Source of the DNA: Macrostomum lignano
Lineage: Eukaryota
Assembly (NCBI GenBank): GCA_002269645.1
Contig: NIVC01003032.1
Span: 1-64,000 of the forward strand
Reading direction: 5' to 3'
DNA: 64,000 bases
This document shows, piece after piece, positions 11,631 to 29,600 of the stretch (position 1 is its first letter; the number at the start of each line of letters is the position of its first letter). The position numbers and the translations under genes were made by a program. The notes below the pieces were generated by a model, which had not been told where the DNA came from, did no database searches, and was given only the letters and a program-made list of their open reading frames with translations.

Positions 11631-14600
11631 TGACACTAAATGGTCATAACTGAGATACAGAGTCGTCACAACTGATACAGAGTCACTCTAACTGACACTG
11701 AATCGCCACAACTGATACAGAGTCGCTCTAACTGACACTGAATCGTCACAACTGATACAGAGTCACTCTAACTGACACTGAATCGTCACAACTGATACAG
11801 AGTCACTCTAACTGACACTGAATCGTCACAACTGATACAGAGTCACTCTAACTGACACTGAATCGTCACAACTGACACTGAATCTTCACAACTGACACTG
11901 AATCTTCACAACTGACACTGAATCTTCACAACTGACACTGAATCGTCATAACTGACACTGAATCGTCATAACTGACACTGAATCTTCACAACTGACACTG
12001 AATCGTCATAACTGACACTGAATCGTCATAACTGAAACTGAATCGTCACAACTGACACTGAATCGTCATAACTGACACTGAATCGTCACAATTGATACAG
12101 AGTCGCTCTAACTGACAGAATCGTCACAACTGACACTGAATCTTCACAACTGACACTGAATCTTCACAACTGACACTGAATCTTCACAACTGATACAGAG
12201 TCACTCTAACTGACACTAAATCGTCACAACTGACACTGAATCTTCACAACTGACACTGAATCTTCACAACTGACACTGAATCTTCACAACTGACACTGAA
12301 TCGTCATAACTGACACTGAATCGTCATAACTGACACTGAATCTTCACAACTGACACTGAATCGTCATAACTGACACTGAATCGTCATAACTGACACTGAA
12401 TCGTCACAACTGACACTGAATCGTCATAACTGACACTGAATCGCCACAACTGATACAGAGTCGCTCTAACTGACAATGAATCGTCACAACTGATACAGAG
12501 TCACTCTAACTGACACTGAATCGCCACAACTGATACAGAGTCGCTCTAACTGACACTGAATCGTCACAACTGACACTGAATCGTCATAACTGACACTGAA
12601 TCGTCACAATTGATACAGAGTCGCTCTAACTGACAGAATCGTCACAACTGACACTGAATCTTCACAACTGACACTGAATCTTCACAACTGACACTGAATC
12701 TTCACAACTGATACAGAGTCACTCTAACTGACACTGAATCGTCACAACTGACACTGAATCTTCACAACTGACACTGAATCTTCACAACTGACACTGAATC
12801 TTCACAACTGACACTGAATCGTCATAACTGACACTGAATCTTCACAACTGACACTGAATCGTCATAACTGACACTGAATCGTCATAACTGACACTGAATC
12901 GTCACAACTGACACTGAATCGTCATAACTGACACTGAATCGTCACAACTGATACAGAGTCGCTCTAACTGACAGAATCGTCACAACTGACACTGAATCGT
13001 CATAACTGACACTGAATCGTCACAACTGATACAGAGTCACTCTAACTGACAGAATCGTCACAACTGACACTGAATCGTCATAACTGACAGAATCGTCACT
13101 ACTGATACAGAGTCACTCTAACTGACAGAATCGTCACAACTGACACTGAATCGTCATAACTGACACTGAATCGTCACAACTGACACTGAATCGTCATAAC
13201 TGACACTGAATCGTCACAACTGATACAGAGTCACTCTAACTGACAGAATCGTCACAACTGACACTGAATCGTCATAACTGACACTGAATCGTCACAACTG
13301 ACACTGAATCGTCACAACTGACACTGAATCTTCACAACTGACACTGAATCGTCACAACTGATACAGAGTCACTCTAACTGACAGAATCGTCACAACTGAC
13401 ACTGAATCGTCATAACTGACACTGAATCGTCACAACTGATACAGAGTCACTCTAACTGACAGAATCGTCACAACTGACACTGAATCGTCATAACTGACAC
13501 TGAATCGTCACAACTGATACAGAGTCACTCTAACTGACAGAATCGTCACAACTGACACTGAATCGTCATAACTGACACTGAATCGTCACAACTGATACAG
13601 AGTCACTCTAACTGACAGAATCGTCACAACTGACACTGAATCTTCACAACTGACACTGAATCTTCACAACTGACACTGAATCGTCACAACTGACACTGAA
13701 TCGTCACAACTGACACTGAATCTTCACAACTGACACTGAATCGTCACAACTGATACAGAGTCACTCTAACTGACAGAATCGTCACAACTGACACTGAATC
13801 GTCATAACTGACACTGAATCGTCACAACTGATACAGAGTCACTCTAACTGACAGAATCGTCACAACTGACACTGAATCGTCATAACTGACACTGAATCGT
13901 CACAACTGATACAGAGTCACTCTAACTGACACTGAATCGTCACAACTGATACAGAGTCACTCTAACTGACAGAATCGTTACAACTGACACTGAATCTTCA
14001 CAACTGTCACTGAATCGTCACAACTGACACTGAATCGTCATAACTGACACTGAATCGTCATAACTGACACTGAATCGTCACAACTGACACTGAATCTTCA
14101 CAACTGACACTGAATCGTCATAACTGACACTGAATCGTCATAACTGACACTGAATCGTCATAACTGACACTGAATCGTCACAACTGACACTGAATCGTCA
14201 TAACTGACACTGAATCGTCATAACTGACACTGAATCGTCACAACTGACACTGAATCTTCACAACTGACACTGAATCGTCACAACTGATACAGAGTCACTC
14301 TAACTGACAGAATCGTCACAACTGACACTGAATCGTCATAACTGACACTGAATCGTCACAACTGATACAGAGTCACTCTAACTGACAGAATCGTCACAGC
14401 TGACACTGAATCGTCATAACTGACACTGAATCGTCACAACTGATACAGAGTCACTCTAACTGACACTGAATCGTCACAACTGATACAGAGTCACTCTAAC
14501 TGACAGAATCGTTACAACTGACACTGAATCTTCACAACTGTCACTGAATCGTCACAACTGACACTGAATCGTCATAACTGACACTGAATCGTCACAACTG

Positions 14601-17600
14601 ACACTGAATCGTCATAACTGACACTGAATCGCTCTAACTGACAGAATCTTCACAACTGACACTGAATCGCTCTAACTGACAGAATCTTCACAACTGACAC
14701 TGAATCGCTCTAACTGACAGAATCTTCACAACTGACACTGAATCGCTCTAACTGACAGAATCTTCACAACTGACACTGAATCGCTCTAACTGACAGAATC
14801 TTCACAACTGACACTGAATCGTCATAACTGACACTGAATCGTCACAACTGATACAGAGTCACTCTAACTGACAGAATCGTCACAACTGACACTGAATCGT
14901 CATAACTGACACTGAATCGTCACAACTGATACAGAGTCACTCTAACTGACACTGAATCGTCACAACTGATACAGAGTCACTCTAACTGACAGAATCGTTA
15001 CAACTGACACTGAATCTTCACAACTGTCACTGAATCGTCACAACTGACACTGAATCGTCATAACTGACACTGAATCGTCACAACTGACACTGAATCGTCA
15101 TAACTGACACTGAATCGCTCTAACTGACAGAATCTTCACAACTGACACTGAATCGCTCTAACTGACAGAATCTTCACAACTGACACTGAATCGCTCTAAC
15201 TGACAGAATCTTCACAACTGACACTGAATCGCTCTAACTGACAGAATCTTCACAACTGACACTGAATCGCTCTAACTGACAGAATCTTCACAACTGACAC
15301 TGAATCGCTCTAACTGACAGAATCTTCACAACTGACACTGAATCGCTCTAACTGACAGAATCTTCACAACTGACACTGAATCGCTCTAACTGACAGAATC
15401 TTCACAACTGACACTGAATCGTCATAACTGACACTGAATCGTCACAACTGATACAGAGTCACTCTAACTGACAGAATCGTCACAACTGACACTGAATCGT
15501 CATAACTGACACTGAATCGTCACAACTGATACAGAGTCACTCTAACTGACACTGAATCGTCACAACTGATACAGAGTCACTCTAACTGACAGAATCGTTA
15601 CAACTGACACTGAATCTTCACAACTGTCACTGAATCGTCACAACTGACACTGAATCGTCATAACTGACACTGAATCGTCACAACTGACACTGAATCGTCA
15701 TAACTGACACTGAATCGCTCTAACTGACAGAATCTTCACAACTGACACTGAATCGCTCTAACTGACAGAATCTTCACAACTGACACTGAATCGCTCTAAC
15801 TGACAGAATCTTCACAACTGACACTGAATCGCTCTAACTGACAGAATCTTCACAACTGACACTGAATCGCTCTAACTGACAGAATCTTCACAACTGACAC
15901 TGAATCGTCATAACTGACACTGAATCGTCACAACTGATACAGAGTCACTCTAACTGACAGAATCGTCACAACTGACACTGAATCGTCATAACTGACACTG
16001 AATCGTCACAACTGATACAGAGTCACTCTAACTGACACTGAATCGTCACAACTGATACAGAGTCACTCTAACTGACAGAATCGTTACAACTGACACTGAA
16101 TCTTCACAACTGTCACTGAATCGTCACAACTGACACTGAATCGTCAAAACTGACACTGAATCGTCACAACTGACACTGAATCGTCATAACTGACACTGAA
16201 TCGCTCTAACTGACAGAATCTTCACAACTGACACTGAATCGCTCTAACTGACAGAATCTTCACAACTGACACTGAATCGCTCTAACTGACAGAATCTTCA
16301 CAACTGACACTGAATCGCTCTAACTGACAGAATCTTCACAACTGACACTGAATCGCTCTAACTGACAGAATCTTCACAACTGACACTGAATCGCTCTAAC
16401 TGACAGAATCTTCACAACTGACACTGAATCGCTCTAACTGACAGAATCTTCACAACTGACACTGAATCGCTCTAACTGACAGAATCTTCACAACTGACAC
16501 TGAATCGTCATAACTGACACTGAATCGTCACAACTGATACAGAGTCACTCTAACTGACAGAATCGTCACAACTGACACTGAATCGTCATAACTGACACTG
16601 AATCGTCACAACTGATACAGAGTCACTCTAACTGACACTGAATCGTCACAATTGATACAGAGTCGCTCTAACTGACAGAATCGTCACAACTGACACTGAA
16701 TCTTCACAACTGACACTGAATCTTCACAACTGACACTGAATCTTCACAACTGATACAGAGTCACTCTAACTGACACTAAATCGTCACAACTGACACTGAA
16801 TCTTCACAACTGACACTGAATCTTCACAACTGACACTGAATCTTCACAACTGACACTGAATCGTCATAACTGACACTGAATCGTCATAACTGACACTGAA
16901 TCTTCACAACTGACACTGAATCGTCATAACTGACACTGAATCGTCATAACTGACACTGAATCGTCACAACTGACACTGAATCGTCATAACTGACACTGAA
17001 TCGCCACAACTGATACAGAGTCGCTCTAACTGACAATGAATCGTCACAACTGATACAGAGTCACTCTAACTGACACTGAATCGCCACAACTGATACAGAG
17101 TCGCTCTAACTGACACTGAATCGTCACAACTGACACTGAATCGTCATAACTGACACTGAATCGTCACAATTGATACAGAGTCGCTCTAACTGACAGAATC
17201 GTCACAACTGACACTGAATCTTCACAACTGACACTGAATCTTCACAACTGACACTGAATCTTCACAACTGATACAGAGTCACTCTAACTGACACTGAATC
17301 GTCACAACTGACACTGAATCTTCACAACTGACACTGAATCTTCACAACTGACACTGAATCTTCACAACTGACACTGAATCGTCATAACTGACACTGAATC
17401 TTCACAACTGACACTGAATCGTCATAACTGACACTGAATCGTCATAACTGACACTGAATCGTCACAACTGACACTGAATCGTCATAACTGACACTGAATC
17501 GTCACAACTGATACAGAGTCGCTCTAACTGACAGAATCGTCACAACTGACACTGAATCGTCATAACTGACACTGAATCGTCACAACTGATACAGAGTCAC

Positions 17601-20600
17601 TCTAACTGACAGAATCGTCACAACTGACACTGAATCGTCATAACTGACAGAATCGTCACACTGATACAGAGTCACTCTAACTGACAGAATCGTCACAACT
17701 GACACTGAATCGTCATAACTGACACTGAATCGTCACAACTGACACTGAATCGTCATAACTGACACTGAATCGTCACAACTGATACAGAGTCACTCTAACT
17801 GACAGAATCGTCACAACTGACACTGAATCGTCATAACTGACACTGAATCGTCACAACTGACACTGAATCGTCACAACTGACACTGAATCTTCACAACTGA
17901 CACTGAATCGTCACAACTGATACAGAGTCACTCTAACTGACAGAATCGTCACAACTGACACTGAATCGTCATAACTGACACTGAATCGTCACAACTGATA
18001 CAGAGTCACTCTAACTGACAGAATCGTCACAACTGACACTGAATCGTCATAACTGACACTGAATCGTCACAACTGATACAGAGTCACTCTAACTGACAGA
18101 ATCGTCACAACTGACACTGAATCGTCATAACTGACACTGAATCGTCACAACTGATACAGAGTCACTCTAACTGACAGAATCGTCACAACTGACACTGAAT
18201 CTTCACAACTGACACTGAATCTTCACAACTGACACTGAATCGTCACAACTGACACTGAATCGTCACAACTGACACTGAATCTTCACAACTGACACTGAAT
18301 CGTCACAACTGATACAGAGTCACTCTAACTGACAGAATCGTCACAACTGACACTGAATCGTCATAACTGACACTGAATCGTCACAACTGATACAGAGTCA
18401 CTCTAACTGACAGAATCGTCACAACTGACACTGAATCGTCATAACTGACACTGAATCGTCACAACTGATACAGAGTCACTCTAACTGACAGAATCGTCAC
18501 AACTGACACTGAATCTTCACAACTGACACTGAATCTTCACAACTGACACTGAATCGTCACAACTGACACTGAATCGTCACAACTGACACTGAATCTTCAC
18601 AACTGACACTGAATCGTCACAACTGATACAGAGTCACTCTAACTGACAGAATCGTCACAACTGACACTGAATCGTCATAACTGACACTGAATCGTCACAA
18701 CTGATACAGAGTCACTCTAACTGACAGAATCGTCACAACTGACACTGAATCGTCATAACTGACACTGAATCGTCACAACTGATACAGAGTCACTCTAACT
18801 GACACTGAATCGTCACAACTGATACAGAGTCACTCTAACTGACAGAATCGTTACAACTGACACTGAATCTTCACAACTGTCACTGAATCGTCACAACTGA
18901 CACTGAATCGTCATAACTGACACTGAATCGTCATAACTGACACTGAATCGTCACAACTGACACTGAATCTTCACAACTGACACTGAATCGTCATAACTGA
19001 CACTGAATCGTCATAACTGACACTGAATCGTCATAACTGACACTGAATCGTCACAACTGACACTGAATCGTCATAACTGACACTGAATCGTCATAACTGA
19101 CACTGAATCGTCACAACTGACACTGAATCTTCACAACTGACACTGAATCGTCACAACTGATACAGAGTCACTCTAACTGACAGAATCGTCACAACTGACA
19201 CTGAATCGTCATAACTGACACTGAATCGTCACAACTGATACAGAGTCACTCTAACTGACAGAATCGTCACAACTGACACTGAATCGTCATAACTGACACT
19301 GAATCGTCACAACTGATACAGAGTCACTCTAACTGACACTGAATCGTCACAACTGATACAGAGTCACTCTAACTGACAGAATCGTTACAACTGACACTGA
19401 ATCTTCACAACTGTCACTGAATCGTCACAACTGACACTGAATCGTCATAACTGACACTGAATCGTCACAACTGACACTGAATCGTCATAACTGACACTGA
19501 ATCGCTCTAACTGACAGAATCTTCACAACTGACACTGAATCGCTCTAACTGACAGAATCTTCACAACTGACACTGAATCGTCACAACTGACACTGAATCT
19601 TCACAACTGACACTGAATCTTCACAACTGACACTGAATCTTCACAACTGACACTGAATCGTCATAACTGACACTGAATCTTCACAACTGACACTGAATCG
19701 TCATAACTGACACTGAATCGTCATAACTGACACTGAATCGTCACAACTGACACTGAATCGTCATAACTGACACTGAATCGTCACAACTGATACAGAGTCG
19801 CTCTAACTGACAGAATCGTCACAACTGACACTGAATCGTCATAACTGACACTGAATCGTCACAACTGATACAGAGTCACTCTAACTGACAGAATCGTCAC
19901 AACTGACACTGAATCGTCATAACTGACAGAATCGTCACACTGATACAGAGTCACTCTAACTGACAGAATCGTCACAACTGACACTGAATCGTCATAACTG
20001 ACACTGAATCGTCACAACTGACACTGAATCGTCATAACTGACACTGAATCGTCACAACTGATACAGAGTCACTCTAACTGACAGAATCGTCACAACTGAC
20101 ACTGAATCGTCATAACTGACACTGAATCGTCACAACTGACACTGAATCGTCACAACTGACACTGAATCTTCACAACTGACACTGAATCGTCACAACTGAT
20201 ACAGAGTCACTCTAACTGACAGAATCGTCACAACTGACACTGAATCGTCATAACTGACACTGAATCGTCACAACTGATACAGAGTCACTCTAACTGACAG
20301 AATCGTCACAACTGACACTGAATCGTCATAACTGACACTGAATCGTCACAACTGATACAGAGTCACTCTAACTGACAGAATCGTCACAACTGACACTGAA
20401 TCGTCATAACTGACACTGAATCGTCACAACTGATACAGAGTCACTCTAACTGACAGAATCGTCACAACTGACACTGAATCTTCACAACTGACACTGAATC
20501 TTCACAACTGACACTGAATCGTCACAACTGACACTGAATCGTCACAACTGACACTGAATCTTCACAACTGACACTGAATCGTCACAACTGATACAGAGTC

Positions 20601-23600
20601 ACTCTAACTGACAGAATCGTCACAACTGACACTGAATCGTCATAACTGACACTGAATCGTCACAACTGATACAGAGTCACTCTAACTGACAGAATCGTCA
20701 CAACTGACACTGAATCGTCATAACTGACACTGAATCGTCACAACTGATACAGAGTCACTCTAACTGACAGAATCGTCACAACTGACACTGAATCTTCACA
20801 ACTGACACTGAATCTTCACAACTGACACTGAATCGTCACAACTGACACTGAATCGTCACAACTGACACTGAATCTTCACAACTGACACTGAATCGTCACA
20901 ACTGATACAGAGTCACTCTAACTGACAGAATCGTCACAACTGACACTGAATCGTCATAACTGACACTGAATCGTCACAACTGATACAGAGTCACTCTAAC
21001 TGACAGAATCGTCACAACTGACACTGAATCGTCATAACTGACACTGAATCGTCACAACTGATACAGAGTCACTCTAACTGACACTGAATCGTCACAACTG
21101 ATACAGAGTCACTCTAACTGACAGAATCGTTACAACTGACACTGAATCTTCACAACTGTCACTGAATCGTCACAACTGACACTGAATCGTCATAACTGAC
21201 ACTGAATCGTCATAACTGACACTGAATCGTCACAACTGACACTGAATCTTCACAACTGACACTGAATCGTCATAACTGACACTGAATCGTCATAACTGAC
21301 ACTGAATCGTCATAACTGACACTGAATCGTCACAACTGACACTGAATCGTCATAACTGACACTGAATCGTCATAACTGACACTGAATCGTCACAACTGAC
21401 ACTGAATCTTCACAACTGACACTGAATCGTCACAACTGATACAGAGTCACTCTAACTGACAGAATCGTCACAACTGACACTGAATCGTCATAACTGACAC
21501 TGAATCGTCACAACTGATACAGAGTCACTCTAACTGACAGAATCGTCACAACTGACACTGAATCGTCATAACTGACACTGAATCGTCACAACTGATACAG
21601 AGTCACTCTAACTGACACTGAATCGTCACAACTGATACAGAGTCACTCTAACTGACAGAATCGTTACAACTGACACTGAATCTTCACAACTGTCACTGAA
21701 TCGTCACAACTGACACTGAATCGTCATAACTGACACTGAATCGTCACAACTGACACTGAATCGTCATAACTGACACTGAATCGCTCTAACTGACAGAATC
21801 TTCACAACTGACACTGAATCGCTCTAACTGACAGAATCTTCACAACTGACACTGAATCGCTCTAACTGACAGAATCTTCACAACTGACACTGAATCGCTC
21901 TAACTGACAGAATCTTCACAACTGACACTGAATCGCTCTAACTGACAGAATCTTCACAACTGACACTGAATCGTCATAACTGACACTGAATCGTCACAAC
22001 TGATACAGAGTCACTCTAACTGACAGAATCGTCACAACTGACACTGAATCGTCATAACTGACACTGAATCGTCACAACTGATACAGAGTCACTCTAACTG
22101 ACACTGAATCGTCACAACTGATACAGAGTCACTCTAACTGACAGAATCGTTACAACTGACACTGAATCTTCACAACTGTCACTGAATCGTCACAACTGAC
22201 ACTGAATCGTCATAACTGACACTGAATCGTCACAACTGACACTGAATCGTCATAACTGACACTGAATCGCTCTAACTGACAGAATCTTCACAACTGACAC
22301 TGAATCGCTCTAACTGACAGAATCTTCACAACTGACACTGAATCGCTCTAACTGACAGAATCTTCACAACTGACACTGAATCGCTCTAACTGACAGAATC
22401 TTCACAACTGACACTGAATCGCTCTAACTGACAGAATCTTCACAACTGACACTGAATCGCTCTAACTGACAGAATCTTCACAACTGACACTGAATCGCTC
22501 TAACTGACAGAATCTTCACAACTGACACTGAATCGCTCTAACTGACAGAATCTTCACAACTGACACTGAATCGTCATAACTGACACTGAATCGTCACAAC
22601 TGATACAGAGTCACTCTAACTGACAGAATCGTCACAACTGACACTGAATCGTCATAACTGACACTGAATCGTCACAACTGATACAGAGTCACTCTAACTG
22701 ACACTGAATCGTCACAACTGATACAGAGTCACTCTAACTGACAGAATCGTTACAACTGACACTGAATCTTCACAACTGTCACTGAATCGTCACAACTGAC
22801 ACTGAATCGTCATAACTGACACTGAATCGTCACAACTGACACTGAATCGTCATAACTGACACTGAATCGCTCTAACTGACAGAATCTTCACAACTGACAC
22901 TGAATCGCTCTAACTGACAGAATCTTCACAACTGACACTGAATCGCTCTAACTGACAGAATCTTCACAACTGACACTGAATCGCTCTAACTGACAGAATC
23001 TTCACAACTGACACTGAATCGCTCTAACTGACAGAATCTTCACAACTGACACTGAATCGTCATAACTGACACTGAATCGTCACAACTGATACAGAGTCAC
23101 TCTAACTGACAGAATCGTCACAACTGACACTGAATCGTCATAACTGACACTGAATCGTCACAACTGATACAGAGTCACTCTAACTGACACTGAATCGTCA
23201 CAACTGATACAGAGTCACTCTAACTGACAGAATCGTTACAACTGACACTGAATCTTCACAACTGTCACTGAATCGTCACAACTGACACTGAATCGTCAAA
23301 ACTGACACTGAATCGTCACAACTGACACTGAATCGTCATAACTGACACTGAATCGCTCTAACTGACAGAATCTTCACAACTGACACTGAATCGCTCTAAC
23401 TGACAGAATCTTCACAACTGACACTGAATCGCTCTAACTGACAGAATCTTCACAACTGACACTGAATCGCTCTAACTGACAGAATCTTCACAACTGACAC
23501 TGAATCGCTCTAACTGACAGAATCTTCACAACTGACACTGAATCGCTCTAACTGACAGAATCTTCACAACTGACACTGAATCGCTCTAACTGACAGAATC

Positions 23601-26600
23601 TTCACAACTGACACTGAATCGCTCTAACTGACAGAATCTTCACAACTGACACTGAATCGTCATAACTGACACTGAATCGTCACAACTGATACAGAGTCAC
23701 TCTAACTGACAGAATCGTCACAACTGACACTGAATCGTCATAACTGACACTGAATCGTCACAACTGATACAGAGTCACTCTAACTGACACTGAATCGTCA
23801 CAATTGATACAGAGTCGCTCTAACTGACAGAATCGTCACAACTGACACTGAATCTTCACAACTGACACTGAATCTTCACAACTGACACTGAATCTTCACA
23901 ACTGATACAGAGTCACTCTAACTGACACTAAATCGTCACAACTGACACTGAATCTTCACAACTGACACTGAATCTTCACAACTGACACTGAATCTTCACA
24001 ACTGACACTGAATCGTCATAACTGACACTGAATCGTCATAACTGACACTGAATCTTCACAACTGACACTGAATCGTCATAACTGACACTGAATCGTCATA
24101 ACTGACACTGAATCGTCACAACTGACACTGAATCGTCATAACTGACACTGAATCGCCACAACTGATACAGAGTCGCTCTAACTGACAATGAATCGTCACA
24201 ACTGATACAGAGTCACTCTAACTGACACTGAATCGCCACAACTGATACAGAGTCGCTCTAACTGACACTGAATCGTCACAACTGACACTGAATCGTCATA
24301 ACTGACACTGAATCGTCACAATTGATACAGAGTCGCTCTAACTGACAGAATCGTCACAACTGACACTGAATCTTCACAACTGACACTGAATCTTCACAAC
24401 TGACACTGAATCTTCACAACTGATACAGAGTCACTCTAACTGACACTGAATCGTCACAACTGACACTGAATCTTCACAACTGACACTGAATCTTCACAAC
24501 TGACACTGAATCTTCACAACTGACACTGAATCGTCATAACTGACACTGAATCTTCACAACTGACACTGAATCGTCATAACTGACACTGAATCGTCATAAC
24601 TGACACTGAATCGTCACAACTGACACTGAATCGTCATAACTGACACTGAATCGTCACAACTGATACAGAGTCGCTCTAACTGACAGAATCGTCACAACTG
24701 ACACTGAATCGTCATAACTGACACTGAATCGTCACAACTGATACAGAGTCACTCTAACTGACAGAATCGTCACAACTGACACTGAATCGTCATAACTGAC
24801 AGAATCGTCACTACTGATACAGAGTCACTCTAACTGACAGAATCGTCACAACTGACACTGAATCGTCATAACTGACACTGAATCGTCACAACTGACACTG
24901 AATCGTCATAACTGACACTGAATCGTCACAACTGATACAGAGTCACTCTAACTGACAGAATCGTCACAACTGACACTGAATCGTCATAACTGACACTGAA
25001 TCGTCACAACTGACACTGAATCGTCACAACTGACACTGAATCTTCACAACTGACACTGAATCGTCACAACTGATACAGAGTCACTCTAACTGACAGAATC
25101 GTCACAACTGACACTGAATCGTCATAACTGACACTGAATCGTCACAACTGATACAGAGTCACTCTAACTGACAGAATCGTCACAACTGACACTGAATCGT
25201 CATAACTGACACTGAATCGTCACAACTGATACAGAGTCACTCTAACTGACAGAATCGTCACAACTGACACTGAATCGTCATAACTGACACTGAATCGTCA
25301 CAACTGATACAGAGTCACTCTAACTGACAGAATCGTCACAACTGACACTGAATCTTCACAACTGACACTGAATCTTCACAACTGACACTGAATCGTCACA
25401 ACTGACACTGAATCGTCACAACTGACACTGAATCTTCACAACTGACACTGAATCGTCACAACTGATACAGAGTCACTCTAACTGACAGAATCGTCACAAC
25501 TGACACTGAATCGTCATAACTGACACTGAATCGTCACAACTGATACAGAGTCACTCTAACTGACAGAATCGTCACAACTGACACTGAATCGTCATAACTG
25601 ACACTGAATCGTCACAACTGATACAGAGTCACTCTAGCTGACACTGAATCGTCACAACTGATACAGAGTCACTCTAACTGACAGAATCGTTACAACTGAC
25701 ACTGAATCTTCACAACTGTCACTGAATCGTCACAACTGACACTGAATCGTCATAACTGACACTGAATCGTCATAACTGACACTGAATCGTCACAACTGAC
25801 ACTGAATCTTCACAACTGACACTGAATCGTCATAACTGACACTGAATCGCTCTAACTGACAGAATCTTCACAACTGACACTGAATCGCTCTAACTGACAG
25901 AATCTTCACAACTGACACTGAATCGCTCTAACTGACAGAATCTTCACAACTGACACTGAATCGCTCTAACTGACAGAATCTTCACAACTGACACTGAATC
26001 GCTCTAACTGACAGAATCTTCACAACTGACACTGAATCGTCATAACTGACACTGAATCGTCACAACTGATACAGAGTCACTCTAACTGACAGAATCGTCA
26101 CAACTGACACTGAATCGTCATAACTGACACTGAATCGTCACAACTGATACAGAGTCACTCTAACTGACACTGAATCGTCACAACTGATACAGAGTCACTC
26201 TAACTGACAGAATCGTTACAACTGACACTGAATCTTCACAACTGTCACTGAATCGTCACAACTGACACTGAATCGTCATAACTGACACTGAATCGTCACA
26301 ACTGACACTGAATCGTCATAACTGACACTGAATCGCTCTAACTGACAGAATCTTCACAACTGACACTGAATCGCTCTAACTGACAGAATCTTCACAACTG
26401 ACACTGAATCGCTCTAACTGACAGAATCTTCACAACTGACACTGAATCGCTCTAACTGACAGAATCTTCACAACTGACACTGAATCGCTCTAACTGACAG
26501 AATCTTCACAACTGACACTGAATCGTCATAACTGACACTGAATCGTCACAACTGATACAGAGTCACTCTAACTGACAGAATCGTCACAACTGACACTGAA

Positions 26601-29600
26601 TCGTCATAACTGACACTGAATCGTCACAACTGATACAGAGTCACTCTAACTGACACTGAATCGTCACAACTGATACAGAGTCACTCTAACTGACAGAATC
26701 GTTACAACTGACACTGAATCTTCACAACTGTCACTGAATCGTCACAACTGACACTGAATCGTCATAACTGACACTGAATCGTCACAACTGACACTGAATC
26801 GTCATAACTGACACTGAATCGCTCTAACTGACAGAATCTTCACAACTGACACTGAATCGCTCTAACTGACAGAATCTTCACAACTGACACTGAATCGCTC
26901 TAACTGACAGAATCTTCACAACTGACACTGAATCGCTCTAACTGACAGAATCTTCACAACTGACACTGAATCGCTCTAACTGACAGAATCTTCACAACTG
27001 ACACTGAATCGCTCTAACTGACAGAATCTTCACAACTGACACTGAATCGCTCTAACTGACAGAATCTTCACAACTGACACTGAATCGCTCTAACTGACAG
27101 AATCTTCACAACTGACACTGAATCGTCATAACTGACACTGAATCGTCACAACTGATACAGAGTCACTCTAACTGACAGAATCGTCACAACTGACACTGAA
27201 TCGTCATAACTGACACTGAATCGTCACAACTGATACAGAGTCACTCTAACTGACACTGAATCGTCACAACTGATACAGAGTCACTCTAACTGACAGAATC
27301 GTTACAACTGACACTGAATCTTCACAACTGTCACTGAATCGTCACAACTGACACTGAATCGTCATAACTGACACTGAATCGTCACAACTGACACTGAATC
27401 GTCATAACTGACACTGAATCGCTCTAACTGACAGAATCTTCACAACTGACACTGAATCGCTCTAACTGACAGAATCTTCACAACTGACACTGAATCGCTC
27501 TAACTGACAGAATCTTCACAACTGACACTGAATCGCTCTAACTGACAGAATCTTCACAACTGACACTGAATCGCTCTAACTGACAGAATCTTCACAACTG
27601 ACACTGAATCGCTCTAACTGACAGAATCTTCACAACTGACACTGAATCGCTCTAACTGACAGAATCTTCACAACTGACACTGAATCGCTCTAACTGACAG
27701 AATCTTCACAACTGACACTGAATCGTCATAACTGACACTGAATCGTCACAACTGATACAGAGTCACTCTAACTGACAGAATCGTCACAACTGACACTGAA
27801 TCGTCATAACTGACACTGAATCGTCACAACTGATACAGAGTCACTCTAACTGACACTGAATCGTCACAACTGATACAGAGTCACTCTAACTGACAGAATC
27901 GTTACAACTGACACCGAATCTTCACAACTGTCACTGAATCGTCACAACTGACACTGAATCGTCATAACTGACACTGAATCGTCACAACTGACACTGAATC
28001 GTCATAACTGACACTGAATCGCTCTAACTGACAGAATCTTCACAACTGACACTGAATCGCTCTAACTGACAGAATCTTCACAACTGACACTGAATCGCTC
28101 TAACTGACAGAATCTTCACAACTGACACTGAATCGCTCTAACTGACAGAATCTTCACAACTGACACTGAATCGCTCTAACTGACAGAATCTTCACAACTG
28201 ACACTGAATCGCTCTAACTGACAGAATCTTCACAACTGACACTGAATCGCTCTAACTGACAGAATCTTCACAACTGACACTGAATCGCTCTAACTGACAG
28301 AATCTTCACAACTGACACTGAATCGTCATAACTGACACTGAATCGTCACAACTGATACAGAGTCACTCTAACTGACAGAATCGTCACAACTGACACTGAA
28401 TCGTCATAACTGACACTGAATCGTCACAACTGATACAGAGTCACTCTAACTGACACTGAATCGTCACAACTGATACAGAGTCACTCTAACTGACAGAATC
28501 GTTACAACTGACACTGAATCTTCACAACTGTCACTGAATCGTCACAACTGACACTGAATCGTCATAACTGACACTGAATCGTCACAACTGACACTGAATC
28601 GTCATAACTGACACTGAATCGCTCTAACTGACAGAATCTTCACAACTGACACTGAATCGCTCTAACTGACAGAATCTTCACAACTGACACTGAATCGCTC
28701 TAACTGACAGAATCTTCACAACTGACACTGAATCGCTCTAACTGACAGAATCTTCACAACTGACACTGAATCGCTCTAACTGACAGAATCTTCACAACTG
28801 ACACTGAATCGCTCTAACTGACAGAATCTTCACAACTGACACTGAATCGTCATAACTGACACTGAATCGTCACAACTGATACAGAGTCACTCTAACTGAC
28901 AGAATCGTCACAACTGACACTGAATCGTCATAACTGACACTGAATCGTCACAACTGATACAGAGTCACTCTAACTGACAGAATCGTCACAACTGACACTG
29001 AATCGTCATAACTGACACTGAATCGTCACAACTGATACAGAGTCACTCTAACTGACACTGAATCGTCACAACTGATACAGAGTCACTCTAACTGACAGAA
29101 TCGTTACAACTGACACTGAATCTTCACAACTGTCACTGAATCGTCACAACTGACACTGAATCGTCATAACTGACACTGAATCGTCACAACTGACACTGAA
29201 TCGTCATAACTGACACTGAATCGCTCTAACTGACAGAATCTTCACAACTGACACTGAATCGCTCTAACTGACAGAATCTTCACAACTGACACTGAATCGC
29301 TCTAACTGACAGAATCTTCACAACTGACACTGAATCGCTCTAACTGACAGAATCTTCACAACTGACACTGAATCGCTCTAACTGACAGAATCTTCACAAC
29401 TGACACTGAATCGCTCTAACTGACAGAATCTTCACAACTGACACTGAATCGTCATAACTGACACTGAATCGTCACAACTGATACAGAGTCACTCTAACTG
29501 ACAGAATCGTCACAACTGACACTGAATCGTCATAACTGACACTGAATCGTCACAACTGATACAGAGTCACTCTAACTGACACTGAATCGTCACAACTGAT